DNA of 64,000 nt from Candidatus Cloacimonadota bacterium (GCA_963676615.1 OY781092.1:1408001-1472000), one strand, 5' to 3'. Shown: positions 22,078-31,793, counted from the stretch's first letter. The notes: generated by a model from the sequence alone, not told the origin. A program made the numbers and translations.

Positions 22078-22083
22078 CTCCTT
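22078..22083 (-). promoter_or_regulatory. Shine-Dalgarno AAGGAG of the giant gene, 7 nt before ATC (22070-22068)
   Basis: + strand ctcctt at 22078-22083. An in-frame TAA lies 12 codons upstream of the ATC, with no ATG/GTG/TTG between it and the signal-peptide h-region. Confidence 0.75.
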
Positions 22084-22622
22084 ATCGTTACAGCCTTAAC
22101 GCTGATTTATATTTCAAAAAATAAAGCACAATCCGCCTAATATCCACCCATAATAACAACAAGATAAGAGACAAAAGAGTTGTCAACAGATTTGTCCCGA
22201 AATTAGACACAAGAGCTTATTTGCTTAAAAACAAAACAGTTATAACTCCTAAAAACACAACAAAATAACACAACTACACACAAAAAACACACAATTTCCA
22301 CTTCTTTTCCTTAATTTTTAGTCTAGAAAAAAAATCTCGCTCCCAAAAACGATTGATTTTCAAACAGTTAACAAAAATTTTAACGCAATCTACAAAAAAG
22401 CCCCTATTTCATAAACAACTAATTTTAAGCAATTTAAGAATTTCCAAGAATTTCTCCCAATTTTACCAAAATTTTTGCTCTAAAAAAACAGGTCTCTTTT
22501 TCTAAAAAAAACAAGATTTTTGCCATTTTTGACAATTTTGCTATCTTTTTCTTTACAATTTCTGTCATCAATACCAATTTAAACTCAAAGTAACTTTTAC
22601 CAAAAAATTTTAGGAGAAAAAA

Positions 22623-23921
22623 ATGGGTGACCACAAAATCGAATTTTCCTCATATTTTCAAAATCTAACAATATCTGCCATTCGCCAAGCGCAACAATGC
22701 TACGCCGATCGCACCGACAAAGTCAAGGCTGTAAACGCCTCAATCGGAAATGTCAGCCTGCCGATGCACCCAGCGATGATAAAGAGGCTGCAAAACATCA
22801 CCCAAGCCCCCGAACTGGGCGAAGGCGTCGTCAAATACACCGCCACTTCGGGCAGAGAAGAGACCAAGCAAGCCTTCAGAAACCTCATCTCACTTTGCGG
22901 AGCCAACACCGAAAAGCTGGAGGTCATCATCACCAGCGGCGGCTCGCAAGCAATGGATCTCGCGCTTTTGGGCTGCTGCCAAGACGGTCGCCCGCTTGTC
23001 ATCTCCGAGCCGACCTACTCCAACTACATCAGCATCGCCCAAGCGTATCGCATCCCCGTGGTCACCGACCCGCACACGCTCTGCGAAGACGGCCACTTCC
23101 GCTGCGACATCGAATTGGAAGAGATTATCAAAAAAAACAACCCCGGAGCAATCGTCGTCATTCCATACGACAATCCCACGGGAAAACTACTTTCACAAGC
23201 AAGATTGGTCGAAATCGCCAAACTCTGCGTCAAATACGACCTTTGGATGATTAGCGACGAAGCGTATCGATACTTGCACTACACCGATCAAGAAGCTCCC
23301 TCGATCTGGAAAATCGACGAAGCACAAGCCCCAGGAATCAGCCGCCGCAGAATGAGCATCGACACCGTCTCCAAAGGCTTGAACGGTTGCGGACTTCGCA
23401 TCGGGGCGCTTGTTTGCGACAACAAAGAGTTCTACCTAAAAGCGATTATCGCCGCATCGTCGCACCTATGTGCCAGCGCAATCGACCAATACATCGTCGG
23501 CGGAATTGCCGCTGAAAAACCCGAAAATTTGGCAAAATGGTTCGAAAAATTGAAAAATTACTACCAAAACTTGATAATTTCCACCACAAATGAGCTAAAA
23601 AAGAGGATTCCACAAATAATCGTCTCCTCTCCACAATCGGCACTCTACTCCATCGTTGACCTCAGAAATATCGTTCCCAAAGAGTTCGAAATAGAAAAAT
23701 TTTGTCGATATTGTGCTGAAAAAGGCAAAATTTCGCTAAAAAACGAAGAATTTACCCTACTTATCACCCCTTTGACCAGTTTTTACCTCTCAGAATCGCA
23801 AAACAAGCACTATCAACTTCGCCTCTCCTATGTCGCTCATCCCGACGAAATCGCCAAAATTCCGTTCCTGCTAGACGAACTCCTGAAGCAATATTTATCT
23901 ATTGACAAAACAAACCGCTAA
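22623..23921 (+). CDS. PLP-dependent aminotransferase class I/II
   Basis: Motifs TSGGSQA, PYDNPTGK, ISDEAY and the PLP lysine in DTVSKGLNGCGLRIG; AGGAG upstream. Confidence 0.88.
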   Translation: MGDHKIEFSSYFQNLTISAIRQAQQCYADRTDKVKAVNASIGNVSLPMHPAMIKRLQNITQAPELGEGVVKYTATSGREETKQAFRNLISLCGANTEKLEVIITSGGSQAMDLALLGCCQDGRPLVISEPTYSNYISIAQAYRIPVVTDPHTLCEDGHFRCDIELEEIIKKNNPGAIVVIPYDNPTGKLLSQARLVEIAKLCVKYDLWMISDEAYRYLHYTDQEAPSIWKIDEAQAPGISRRRMSIDTVSKGLNGCGLRIGALVCDNKEFYLKAIIAASSHLCASAIDQYIVGGIAAEKPENLAKWFEKLKNYYQNLIISTTNELKKRIPQIIVSSPQSALYSIVDLRNIVPKEFEIEKFCRYCAEKGKISLKNEEFTLLITPLTSFYLSESQNKHYQLRLSYVAHPDEIAKIPFLLDELLKQYLSIDKTNR

Positions 23922-23960
23922 AATTACATAGCCCAAAATAAAAAGGAGGCGGTAACCAAA

Positions 23961-24038
23961 ATGAGCAAAAAAAGCGTTTGCAGCAGTTACTTTCTCCCTT
24001 TTCTAGCCAATTTTTGCCGCATTTCACGATGGTGGTAG
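23961..24038 (+). CDS. Putative Trp leader peptide MSKKSVCSSYFLPFLANFCRISRWW (25 aa)
   Basis: AAGGAGG at 23943-23949, ATG at 23961, ends TGG TGG TAG; directly upstream of trpB. Confidence 0.75.
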   Translation: MSKKSVCSSYFLPFLANFCRISRWW

Positions 24039-24087
24039 GGTCTCCTACCATATTTACCATTTGTGTGAGCGATTTTGCTCACAGACC
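24033..24087 (+). promoter_or_regulatory. Attenuator-like alternative RNA hairpins in the trpB leader
   Basis: TGGTAGG-gtct-CCTACCA (24033-24050) covers the last Trp codon and the stop. TGTGAGC-gatttt-GCTCACA lies at 24064-24083. GGTCT (24039-24043) is complementary to AGACC (24083-24087). Confidence 0.6.
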
Positions 24088-24134
24088 TCATACCCCAACA
24101 TTTTATAAAATTATCTTTTCTTAAGGAGAAAAAA

Positions 24135-25313
24135 ATGCAATTTGACTCTATAAATGGATTTTTTGGAGAGTACGGCGGAGTTTTTGTCCCCGAAAATCTA
24201 GAAAAAGAACTAAAAAATATCGATAAACAGTATCAAAAACTAAAAAACGACCCAAATTTTGTTCAAGAACTGCACAATCTTTACAAACATTTCTCGGGAA
24301 GACCAACTCCCACCTATTTTGCCAAAAATTTGAGCAAAAAGTATGGCGCGCAAATATATTTGAAGCGTGAAGACCTGAATCACACGGGCGCACATAAGCT
24401 AAATCACTGCTTGGGCGAGGTGCTTTTGGCAAAAAAAATGGGCAAGAAAAAAGTTATCGCCGAAACTGGGGCAGGACAACACGGAGTAGCTTTGGCGACT
24501 GCCGCGACGCTGCTCGAGCTAGATTGCGACATCTATATGGGAGCCGTCGATATCGAAAAAGAGATGCCAAATGTCACCAGAATGCAGCTGCTGGGAGCAA
24601 AAGTCATCCCCGTGACAGCTGGGCTAGCCACGCTGAAAGAGGCAGTTGATGTCGCCTTTTGCGAATACCTCAAAGACATCGAAAACCAGTTTTACGCCAT
24701 CGGCTCTGTCGTCGGTCCGCATCCTTTTCCACAAATGGTGCAAGATTTTCAATCGATTGTCGGACGAGAAGCTCGCCAGCAATTTTTGGAGCTAACAGGA
24801 GAACTACCCGACCACCTCGTGGCTTGCGTCGGCGGCGGCAGCAACGCAATCGGACTTTTCCGTCCGTTTTTGAACGAAGAAAATATCCAAATGCACGGCG
24901 TTGAACCCGCAGGCACCTCTTTTAAAACAGGCGAACACGCAGCCACGCTCACCAAAGGCTCTCCAGGAGTTTTACACGGTTTCAGGAGCTACCTTTTGCA
25001 AGACGAAAAAGGCGAACCTGCGCCAGTAAACACCATCGCCAGCGGTCTGGATTACCCTGGAGTCGGTCCTGTCCACAGCTACCTCAAAGACATCAAAAAA
25101 GTGAGCTACCACACAATCTCAGACAAAGAGGCTCTGGAAGGATTTTTCACCTTATGCAAATGCGAAGGCATCATTCCAGCCCTAGAAAGCTCTCACGCAA
25201 TCGCTTTTGGAATAAAATTAGCTCAAAAATGCGAAAAAAATGAAAAAATCCTGATAAATCTCTCTGGAAGAGGCGACAAAGATTTGGAATACATCAAAGC
25301 CAACTATATGTAA
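24135..25313 (+). CDS. trpB: Tryptophan synthase beta chain (stand-alone)
   Basis: [13 protein letters not shown] (PLP Lys), [37 protein letters not shown]. Start reassigned to ATG 24135 after AAGGAG. Confidence 0.95.
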   Translation: MQFDSINGFFGEYGGVFVPENLEKELKNIDKQYQKLKNDPNFVQELHNLYKHFSGRPTPTYFAKNLSKKYGAQIYLKREDLNHTGAHKLNHCLGEVLLAKKMGKKKVIAETGAGQHGVALATAATLLELDCDIYMGAVDIEKEMPNVTRMQLLGAKVIPVTAGLATLKEAVDVAFCEYLKDIENQFYAIGSVVGPHPFPQMVQDFQSIVGREARQQFLELTGELPDHLVACVGGGSNAIGLFRPFLNEENIQMHGVEPAGTSFKTGEHAATLTKGSPGVLHGFRSYLLQDEKGEPAPVNTIASGLDYPGVGPVHSYLKDIKKVSYHTISDKEALEGFFTLCKCEGIIPALESSHAIAFGIKLAQKCEKNEKILINLSGRGDKDLEYIKANYM

Positions 25314-25326
25314 AAAACAAAAATAT

Positions 25327-25381
25327 TAGCGCTTTTCGCCAATTTTTACTGAAAAATTGTGTGAAAAGCGCTATTTTTTTT
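25327..25381. terminator. Long bidirectional terminator between convergent trpB and gntR
   Basis: TAGCGCTTTTCGC-CAATTTTT-actg-AAAAATTG-t-GTGAAAAGCGCTA, followed by a T run on + and a T-rich run on -. Confidence 0.8.
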
Positions 25382-26072
25382 CTATTTTTGCTAAATTTTG
25401 CTCTAAAATCTCCAAATCTGTCTCAAAATGAGCCTCCATCAAAGATTTTACAGCTTTCTCCTCTTTTTTCGCCAGCGCCTCAACAATTCCCCGATGCTCC
25501 CAAATCGTTCTCTGCTCTTTTTCTGCTGACCCCAAAAAAAGTTTTCGTGAACGCTTAATTTTCGCTAAAAGAGGCTCCAAAATTGCAAAAAGAGTCTTGT
25601 TTTGCGAAAAAGTTGCCAATAAATGATGAAAATCGTGGTCAATTTCCACCAATTTCTGCAATCTTTCGCCCTTGTCCACAACTTTTTCGGTGCAATCGAC
25701 AAACTTTTGCAAGTTTTTCTCTAGCTCGCTCAGCTGATTTGCAGAAATTGTCGCCGCTAAAAAAGCCACATTACCACACTCCAACAAATTTGCCACCTTA
25801 TAAGCGTCCAAAATTTCGCCCTCCATCTCTGGCAGCTCAAAATTTGAATTTTCCTGCTGACCTCGCACAAAAACCCCCTTCCCCTGCAACACAACAACCA
25901 ACTTTTCGGCAATCAAACTGCTTATCGCTTCCCGAATTGTGGATCGGCTCACCTCGAACTTTTTTGCAAGCTCATTCTCAGACGGCAACTTAAACCCCGC
26001 AGGCTTCCCCGCGACAATCTTCTTTATCCTCCCGTGAACAACATCCGAGAGCTTCTGTATTTTAATCGACAT
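25371..26072 (-). CDS. GntR family, FadR subfamily transcriptional regulator
   Basis: wHTH KLPSENELAKKFEVSRSTIREAI...QGKGVFV; FCD domain with DHDFHH and EHRGIVEAL. Confidence 0.9.
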   Translation of the reverse strand: MSIKIQKLSDVVHGRIKKIVAGKPAGFKLPSENELAKKFEVSRSTIREAISSLIAEKLVVVLQGKGVFVRGQQENSNFELPEMEGEILDAYKVANLLECGNVAFLAATISANQLSELEKNLQKFVDCTEKVVDKGERLQKLVEIDHDFHHLLATFSQNKTLFAILEPLLAKIKRSRKLFLGSAEKEQRTIWEHRGIVEALAKKEEKAVKSLMEAHFETDLEILEQNLAKIEKK

Positions 26073-26123
26073 TTTTTCCTCTTCAATAAAAACGAAATCA
26101 AGCTTTACCGCTCGCTATCTTGG

Positions 26124-26134
26124 TTGTCTGACAA
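26124..26134. promoter_or_regulatory. Candidate FadR-type operator TTGTC-T-GACAA
   Basis: Perfect palindrome fitting TnGT-N3-ACnA, just downstream of a minus-strand TTGACA (26148-26143) upstream of the regulator. Confidence 0.55.
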
Positions 26135-26212
26135 GTTTTTGCTGTCAAGTTTTTATTTCTTGACTCAAATCAAAAACTCTTTTCTTATGCTACAAATTTG
26201 GTTATATCGAAA

Positions 26213-27247
26213 ATGAAAAAAGAAAAAATCGTAAAATTGCTGCAAAGCGAAAAAACACAAGAGCTATTTCAACAAGCGTATCAGGCAAAACTGAACAATC
26301 TGGGAGCTTTCAGCTACCTTCGTGCGCTGATCGAATACAGCAATTTTTGCTCTCGGAACTGTTTTTATTGCGGAATTAGAGGGAAAAATCAGAATTTGAA
26401 GCGATTTGAAATCCCACTGCCACAAATTAAAGAAAACATTAGAAACATCCACAGACAAGGTTACGCCTCTTTTGTGATTCAATCTGGAGAGCGAACCGAT
26501 CAAGATTTTATCGAAAAAATCGATGAAATCGTTAAATTTTCCAAAAATTTGAACGAAAATTTCAAAATTGTGCTCTCTGTGGGCGAACAAGAGCCAAAAA
26601 CTTACCAAAAATGGTTCGACTCGGGCGCAAATCGCTACCTTTTGCGGATAGAAACCTCCAACCAAGAGCTATACGAAAAAATTCATCCGCCCGAGATGAG
26701 CTTTGGGAAAAGGGTCGAATGCCTTTACAGCCTCAAAAAAATCGGCTATCAGACTGGAACAGGAATTTTGGTCGGTTTCCCAGATCAAACTTTGGAAAGC
26801 GTCGCCGAAGACATCCTTTTTTTTAAAAAAATCGATGTCGATATGCTCGGGCTCGGACCTTATATCCCTTGCCAAAACACGCCGTTATGGGAAAAATCAA
26901 AAAACATTGACCCCCAAAAAAACCTAGAGTTGAGCCTGAAAGTGATCGCCATTTGTCGCATCCTGATGCCGACAGTAAACATCGTCGCTTCCACAGCACT
27001 GCAAACCATCGACTCAAACGGCTACCTGCGGGGAATCCGCGCAGGCGCAAATGTGCTGATGCCGAACTTAACCCCCGAATCTTATAAAAAAAATTACGCT
27101 CTCTACGAGAACAAAGCGGTTGTGGACGACTCGCAAATCCTCGCCTTCGCCTCTATCCTTGGCGAAACCATCAGCCCGCAGCTCGCTGGAGACCCAAAAC
27201 ATTTTTTAAATCGGAAAAAACTTTTTCCACAAGGAGTTTCGCAATGA
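26213..27247 (+). CDS. hydE: [FeFe]-hydrogenase H-cluster radical SAM maturase HydE
   Basis: CxxxCxxC (CSRNCFYC), GANRYLLRIETS, AGANVLMPNLTP, C-terminal YALYENK; overlaps the hydF start. Start (26198 vs 26213) uncertain. Confidence 0.88.
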   Translation: MKKEKIVKLLQSEKTQELFQQAYQAKLNNLGAFSYLRALIEYSNFCSRNCFYCGIRGKNQNLKRFEIPLPQIKENIRNIHRQGYASFVIQSGERTDQDFIEKIDEIVKFSKNLNENFKIVLSVGEQEPKTYQKWFDSGANRYLLRIETSNQELYEKIHPPEMSFGKRVECLYSLKKIGYQTGTGILVGFPDQTLESVAEDILFFKKIDVDMLGLGPYIPCQNTPLWEKSKNIDPQKNLELSLKVIAICRILMPTVNIVASTALQTIDSNGYLRGIRAGANVLMPNLTPESYKKNYALYENKAVVDDSQILAFASILGETISPQLAGDPKHFLNRKKLFPQGVSQ

Positions 27248-28434
27248 AACAGCTGATTCCGCGAGGCGAGCGGCTAAACATCGCCATCTTGGGCAAAATC
27301 AACGCTGGAAAATCTTCGCTTATAAACGCCCTGACCAACCAAGAAATCTCCATCGTCGATTCCACGCGCGGCACCACCACAGACCCCGTTGCCAAAAGAT
27401 ACGAGCTTGTGCCTGTCGGTCCTGTGACCTTTTTCGACACCGCAGGAATAGACGACCAAGGCGAATTGGGCGAAAAAAGACGCAAAGCCAGCCTGCAAAT
27501 TTTGATGAAAACAGATTTAGCCATTTTGGTCGTCGCCGAAGGTAGAATAGACGAAAACGATACAGAATTGATAAAAAAGCTGAAAAATCTTGAAATTGAG
27601 CTGATAATTGCGTTCAATAAGGCAGATTTACTGAAAATTAGCCCTCAAGACAAGCAATTTTGCCAAAATCTTAACATCCATTTTCAAGAGGTTTCTTGCT
27701 TAGACAAAAATTCGATCACACAGCTAAAAGAAAAAATTATCAAAATTTTACCCGAAAAACACAAGAAAAAGCAAGTTTTACTCGACGATTTGCTGAAAAA
27801 AGGCAACAAAATCGTTTTAAACTGCCCGATCGACTCTTCAGCTCCCAAATCTCGCCTAATTTTGCCCCAAGTGCAAGTGCTCCGAAATATTTTGGACAAC
27901 AACGCAATAGCCACAGTAACCCAATCGGCGCAACTCGCAGAAGCTCTTTTGGATAACCCGAAATTAATAATTACCGACTCGCAAGCTGTCGGCGAGATTA
28001 AAAATATAATCCCCGAAGATGTCCTTTTTACGACATTTTCCATCGTTTTTGCAAGATACAAAGGCGACCTCGACGCCCTTTTGGCAGGGATTGAGCAAAT
28101 CGACAAGCTCCAAGACGGCGACAATGTGCTAATTGCCGAAGCGTGCTCGCATCATCCCCAAAGCGACGACATCGGACGCTACAAAATCCCCAAATGGCTG
28201 AGCGAATACACAGGCAAAAAGCTAAAATTTTCGTTTGCTGTGGGCAGCGACTACCCCGAAAATATGAAAAAAATCGCGCTGATTATCCATTGCGGCGGCT
28301 GTATGATGAACAAAGCCGAGATGACCCGCAGAATCGCCTACGCCAAAGAACAAAGCACGCCCATAACCAACTACGGAATGCTGATTTGCAAGGTTAACGG
28401 CATTTTAGAGCGGGCAATTCAGCCGTTTATCTAG
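27244..28434 (+). CDS. hydF: [FeFe]-hydrogenase maturation GTPase HydF
   Basis: GKINAGKSS, GTTTDPV, DTAG, NKAD; FeS ligands ACSHH...IIHCGGC. Confidence 0.93.
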   Translation: MKQLIPRGERLNIAILGKINAGKSSLINALTNQEISIVDSTRGTTTDPVAKRYELVPVGPVTFFDTAGIDDQGELGEKRRKASLQILMKTDLAILVVAEGRIDENDTELIKKLKNLEIELIIAFNKADLLKISPQDKQFCQNLNIHFQEVSCLDKNSITQLKEKIIKILPEKHKKKQVLLDDLLKKGNKIVLNCPIDSSAPKSRLILPQVQVLRNILDNNAIATVTQSAQLAEALLDNPKLIITDSQAVGEIKNIIPEDVLFTTFSIVFARYKGDLDALLAGIEQIDKLQDGDNVLIAEACSHHPQSDDIGRYKIPKWLSEYTGKKLKFSFAVGSDYPENMKKIALIIHCGGCMMNKAEMTRRIAYAKEQSTPITNYGMLICKVNGILERAIQPFI

Positions 28435-28442
28435 GAATTTTT

Positions 28443-29644
28443 ATGGAAGAGCGAGAAATTTTTTCGGTCAGTCAAATAAACGGCCACCTAAGAAACATCG
28501 TCAAAAGCAACATCCCCAATTTGTTCATCAAAGGCGAACTTTCCAACTGCACTCTGCACCGCTCTGGACACCTGTATTTCAGTTTAAAAGACGAAAAAGC
28601 GTCAATTCGCGGCGTAATGTTTCGTTTTTACTCCTCATCGCTCGATTTTGTGCCCCAAAATGGCGATGAAGTCGTCTGTTTTGGCAAACTCGATGTTTAC
28701 GAAGTCGCTGGCATCTACCAAATCACCGTTACCCAGATGGAAAAAAAAGGCTTGGGCGATTTGAACAAAAAATTCACCCAGCTCAAAGAAAAGCTAGAAT
28801 CGGAAGGACTTTTTGACGAGTCGCACAAAAAACCTATCCCCAAATATCCACAAAAAATCGGCATCATCACCTCGTCCAGCGGCGCAGCCATCCAAGACAT
28901 CAAAAATGTGCTATCTCGCAGATTTCCCTGCATCTATACCTCTATCCTGCGACAGTGCAAGGAGATACGGCGGTCAGCACAATCTTGAAAGGGCTAAAAT
29001 TTTTTGAAGAAAAAAAACGCGTGGACACCCTAATCATCGGCAGAGGCGGAGGCAGCCAAGAAGACCTTTTTTGCTTCAACTCCGAAGAGCTTGCCCGAGC
29101 CATTTTTGCGGCAAAAACGCCGATTATCGCTGGAATTGGGCACGAAATCGACTTCACAATTGCCGATTTTGTCGCAGATTTGCGTGCACCAACGCCTTCT
29201 GCCGCCGCAGAACTGGCTGTTCCCGACAAACAGGAGCTACTAGAAAAATTGCAGGACGCTCAAACTTTGCTAAAATTTCAAACACAAGCAAAATTTTCGC
29301 ATTTTAAGCAAAAAATCGAGCTGCAACACCAAACTTTGCTCGCCTTATCGCCTTTTTCGAGGCTAAAAGAGCTAAAATCCAAAGTCGAAAAATCTGGACT
29401 GCGAATGAACTATTTGCTCGCTTCGGCTTTTCACAAAATTTCCGAAAATTTCAAAATAAGCCAAGGCAAACTAGCTGAGCTTTCGCCTTTAAAAACGCTC
29501 TCCAGAGGCTACACCATCGCAAGACAAGGCGAAAAAACCCTCCGAAGCGTCAAATCTATCCACGAAAACAAGATTTTAGAGCTAATTTTCCCCGACGGTT
29601 ACGCGCAGATAGAGATAAAAAAAATCGAAAAGAAAAAGCTCTAG
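28443..29644 (+). pseudogene. xseA: Exodeoxyribonuclease VII large subunit, split by a 1-nt frameshift near 28930
   Basis: N-half (SGHLYFSLKD, GIITSSSGAAIQDI...RRFPC) continues in the -1 frame as HLYLYPATVQGD...IIGRGGGSQEDL...GIGHEID...DLRAPTPSAAAE. Could be a sequencing error. Confidence 0.8.
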
Positions 29645-30330
29645 CTTTCGGCTTCTCCGTTTTTTTGACAAATAGCCTCTGCCACCAAAAAATCGAAAGG
29701 AGTGGTGATTTTGATGTTCACTGGCTCGTCCTCGACGCAATGCACAGCAGCACCTTGCGACTCCAGAATACTGGCATCATCGGTAAACTCCAACTGGCTA
29801 TTTTTCGCTTTTTGATAAGCGGAATTCAAAAGAGAGAAAGAGAACGCCTGCGGAGTCGTTGCGCCAAAAATCTTTTGCCGATTTAAGCTTTTTTCGATTA
29901 CACCAGAACTCACCTGCTTGAGCGTGTTCGTCGTCGGCACAACGGGAATAACCGCCTGCACGCTCTGCACCTTTTCCGCTAGCTTCTGCACAACATTTTT
30001 GCTCGCAAACGGACGAACTCCGTCGTGAACAAAGACAAAATCGGTGTTTTCGACAAAATTTAGGGCGTTCGCAATCGAATCTTGCCGCATTTTGCCACCT
30101 TTCACGAACTCCAACGCTGGATAAAGACGCCCAAGCCGCTTTTTCGCAACATCGAACTCGTCCAACGGCAACACCACGATTATGCGAGCAAAAAGCTCGA
30201 ACGAAACAAATCTTTCAATCGTCCGCTCCAAAATCGGCTTGCCCAAAAGCGAAAGAAACTGCTTTTTCCGCTCAGACTGCATTCGGCGTCCCTTGCCCGC
30301 GGCGGTGATAATCGCAACAAACTCTGGCAC
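29641..30330 (-). CDS. ispD: 2-C-methyl-D-erythritol 4-phosphate cytidylyltransferase
   Basis: AAGKGRRM, KQFL, GGKMRQDS, VHDGVRPF, TDDAS, NIKITTPFD. Confidence 0.93.
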   Translation of the reverse strand: MPEFVAIITAAGKGRRMQSERKKQFLSLLGKPILERTIERFVSFELFARIIVVLPLDEFDVAKKRLGRLYPALEFVKGGKMRQDSIANALNFVENTDFVFVHDGVRPFASKNVVQKLAEKVQSVQAVIPVVPTTNTLKQVSSGVIEKSLNRQKIFGATTPQAFSFSLLNSAYQKAKNSQLEFTDDASILESQGAAVHCVEDEPVNIKITTPFDFLVAEAICQKNGEAES

Positions 30331-30339
30331 AACTATAAC

Positions 30340-31713
30340 TTACAGATCCACCGTAACATAACCGTAGCTGCCGTCGGCGTGCACAACATAAAAAAGCAAC
30401 CGATCGCCCTTTTTAGCTTTGGCGAGCTCAGCCTCAAACTGCCCCTGATTCTCCAGCAAAACATCCTGAACTTCCTGAATGACATCGCCTTTTTGCAATC
30501 CAGCCTTGGCAAAAGCGGAGTTCGCAGCAACATCTGAAACAACGACTCCAAAATCCAAAGATTTTTTTTGCGAAGCGTCGAGCGGCGCAACAGAGATGCT
30601 GGCCGCAGCTGCTGACACAGAACTTTCCGCTGGCTCAGCCTCAAAACCAGGCAAAGACGAAGCGCTCGGCTCGGTCAATTTTAAGTAAAAATACTCCCGT
30701 TTGCCGTTTTTGGAGACGATAATTCGCAATTCTCCCTTAGATTTGGCTCTTTTTTCGATTTTTCGGAGCGTTTCGATGTCTTTCACCCGAAAATTCTCTG
30801 CGCCGATTATCAAATCGCCAGCGACAAAACCAGCTTCTGCGCCTGGACTTTCGGGCACTACCGATTGCACAATCACGCCCTGTGCGGCAGACAAATTGTA
30901 GTTAAGCAAATCCGCTTGGCTCACATTTCGCAAATTCAACCCGTAAAAAAATCCGTTGTCCGCTGGCAACGGCTGCAGCGCATTATCCGCAACTTTTTCT
31001 TTGCTTTTTTGATATTCCGCAATCAAATTTTGGGCGATTGCGAAAAAAGATTCCGAAGAGAGAACTAAACCTTGCTGCAAAAAGCCGCCTTCGCCAATTC
31101 CTGTTTCGTCTATGGCAAACCCGACCATTCCACCGAAATTGTCCAGCACGACTCCGCCGAGCGTGTTCTGCGTGATATTCGCATCCACCTCGTAAACTTG
31201 CGAGCCGCTCTGCGCGTCCTGCAACATCACATCGGTCTTGGCGACAATCCCCGCCGAAGCGCTCAACTGCAGACCTCCAGTTTGATTTAAACCGCCACCG
31301 ACAACGCAAACATCTTGCCCCAACGAAGCAGGCAGTTTCGACTTTTTGGCAACTTTTATCGCATCCGAAGAGGCGAACTTATACACCGCCAAATTGACGC
31401 TCTCGCTCTTTCCAACGCTCTCCAGCAAAAACTTTTGCCCGTCCAAAGTCACCGCGTAAATCTTTTTGTGCTCAACGCCGTAAATATTCGTATTCACCGT
31501 CGCCAAATAATAATCTCGCTCCTCATTTTGAAAAATCACGCCCGAGCCCATACTCACGATTTCGGCAATTTTCCCAGAATCCACACTCTCTTGCACCACA
31601 ACATTCACAAGGGTTCCAGCGGCTTTATCAATAACATTTTTCCAGTCGTCTGCGCCCCACAAAAGTTGGCTCAGCAGCAACAACATCGAAAAACCTGTTA
31701 GCAATTTTTTCAT
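30340..31713 (-). CDS. Secreted HtrA/DegP-like protein (trypsin-like domain + 2 PDZ), catalytic triad apparently lost
   Basis: Signal peptide; MGSGVIF; GQDVCVVG; SAGIVA; two PDZ motifs (VVPESPGAEAGFVAGDLI, VAANSAFAKAGLQKGDVI). Confidence 0.85.
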   Translation of the reverse strand: MKKLLTGFSMLLLLSQLLWGADDWKNVIDKAAGTLVNVVVQESVDSGKIAEIVSMGSGVIFQNEERDYYLATVNTNIYGVEHKKIYAVTLDGQKFLLESVGKSESVNLAVYKFASSDAIKVAKKSKLPASLGQDVCVVGGGLNQTGGLQLSASAGIVAKTDVMLQDAQSGSQVYEVDANITQNTLGGVVLDNFGGMVGFAIDETGIGEGGFLQQGLVLSSESFFAIAQNLIAEYQKSKEKVADNALQPLPADNGFFYGLNLRNVSQADLLNYNLSAAQGVIVQSVVPESPGAEAGFVAGDLIIGAENFRVKDIETLRKIEKRAKSKGELRIIVSKNGKREYFYLKLTEPSASSLPGFEAEPAESSVSAAAASISVAPLDASQKKSLDFGVVVSDVAANSAFAKAGLQKGDVIQEVQDVLLENQGQFEAELAKAKKGDRLLFYVVHADGSYGYVTVDL

Positions 31714-31793
31714 TTAGACCTCCACCTAAAAATACATCATTATCCCATTTTGAGGCGACTAAAAATTAGTCAAATTTTTTCTTGACTAAAAAA

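Noticed and set aside
24075..24134. Upstream-extended starts in the ORF track (trpB 24075; also 39501, 41740, 43324, 44858, 47126, 58902)
   Set aside because: The extensions overlap neighbours or leaders; SD position and/or homology start favour the downstream codons.
28921..28935. Programmed -1 frameshift in xseA
   Set aside because: The zero-frame context A-TTT-CCC is not an X-XXY-YYZ slippery heptamer in the right phase, and I saw no stimulatory hairpin.
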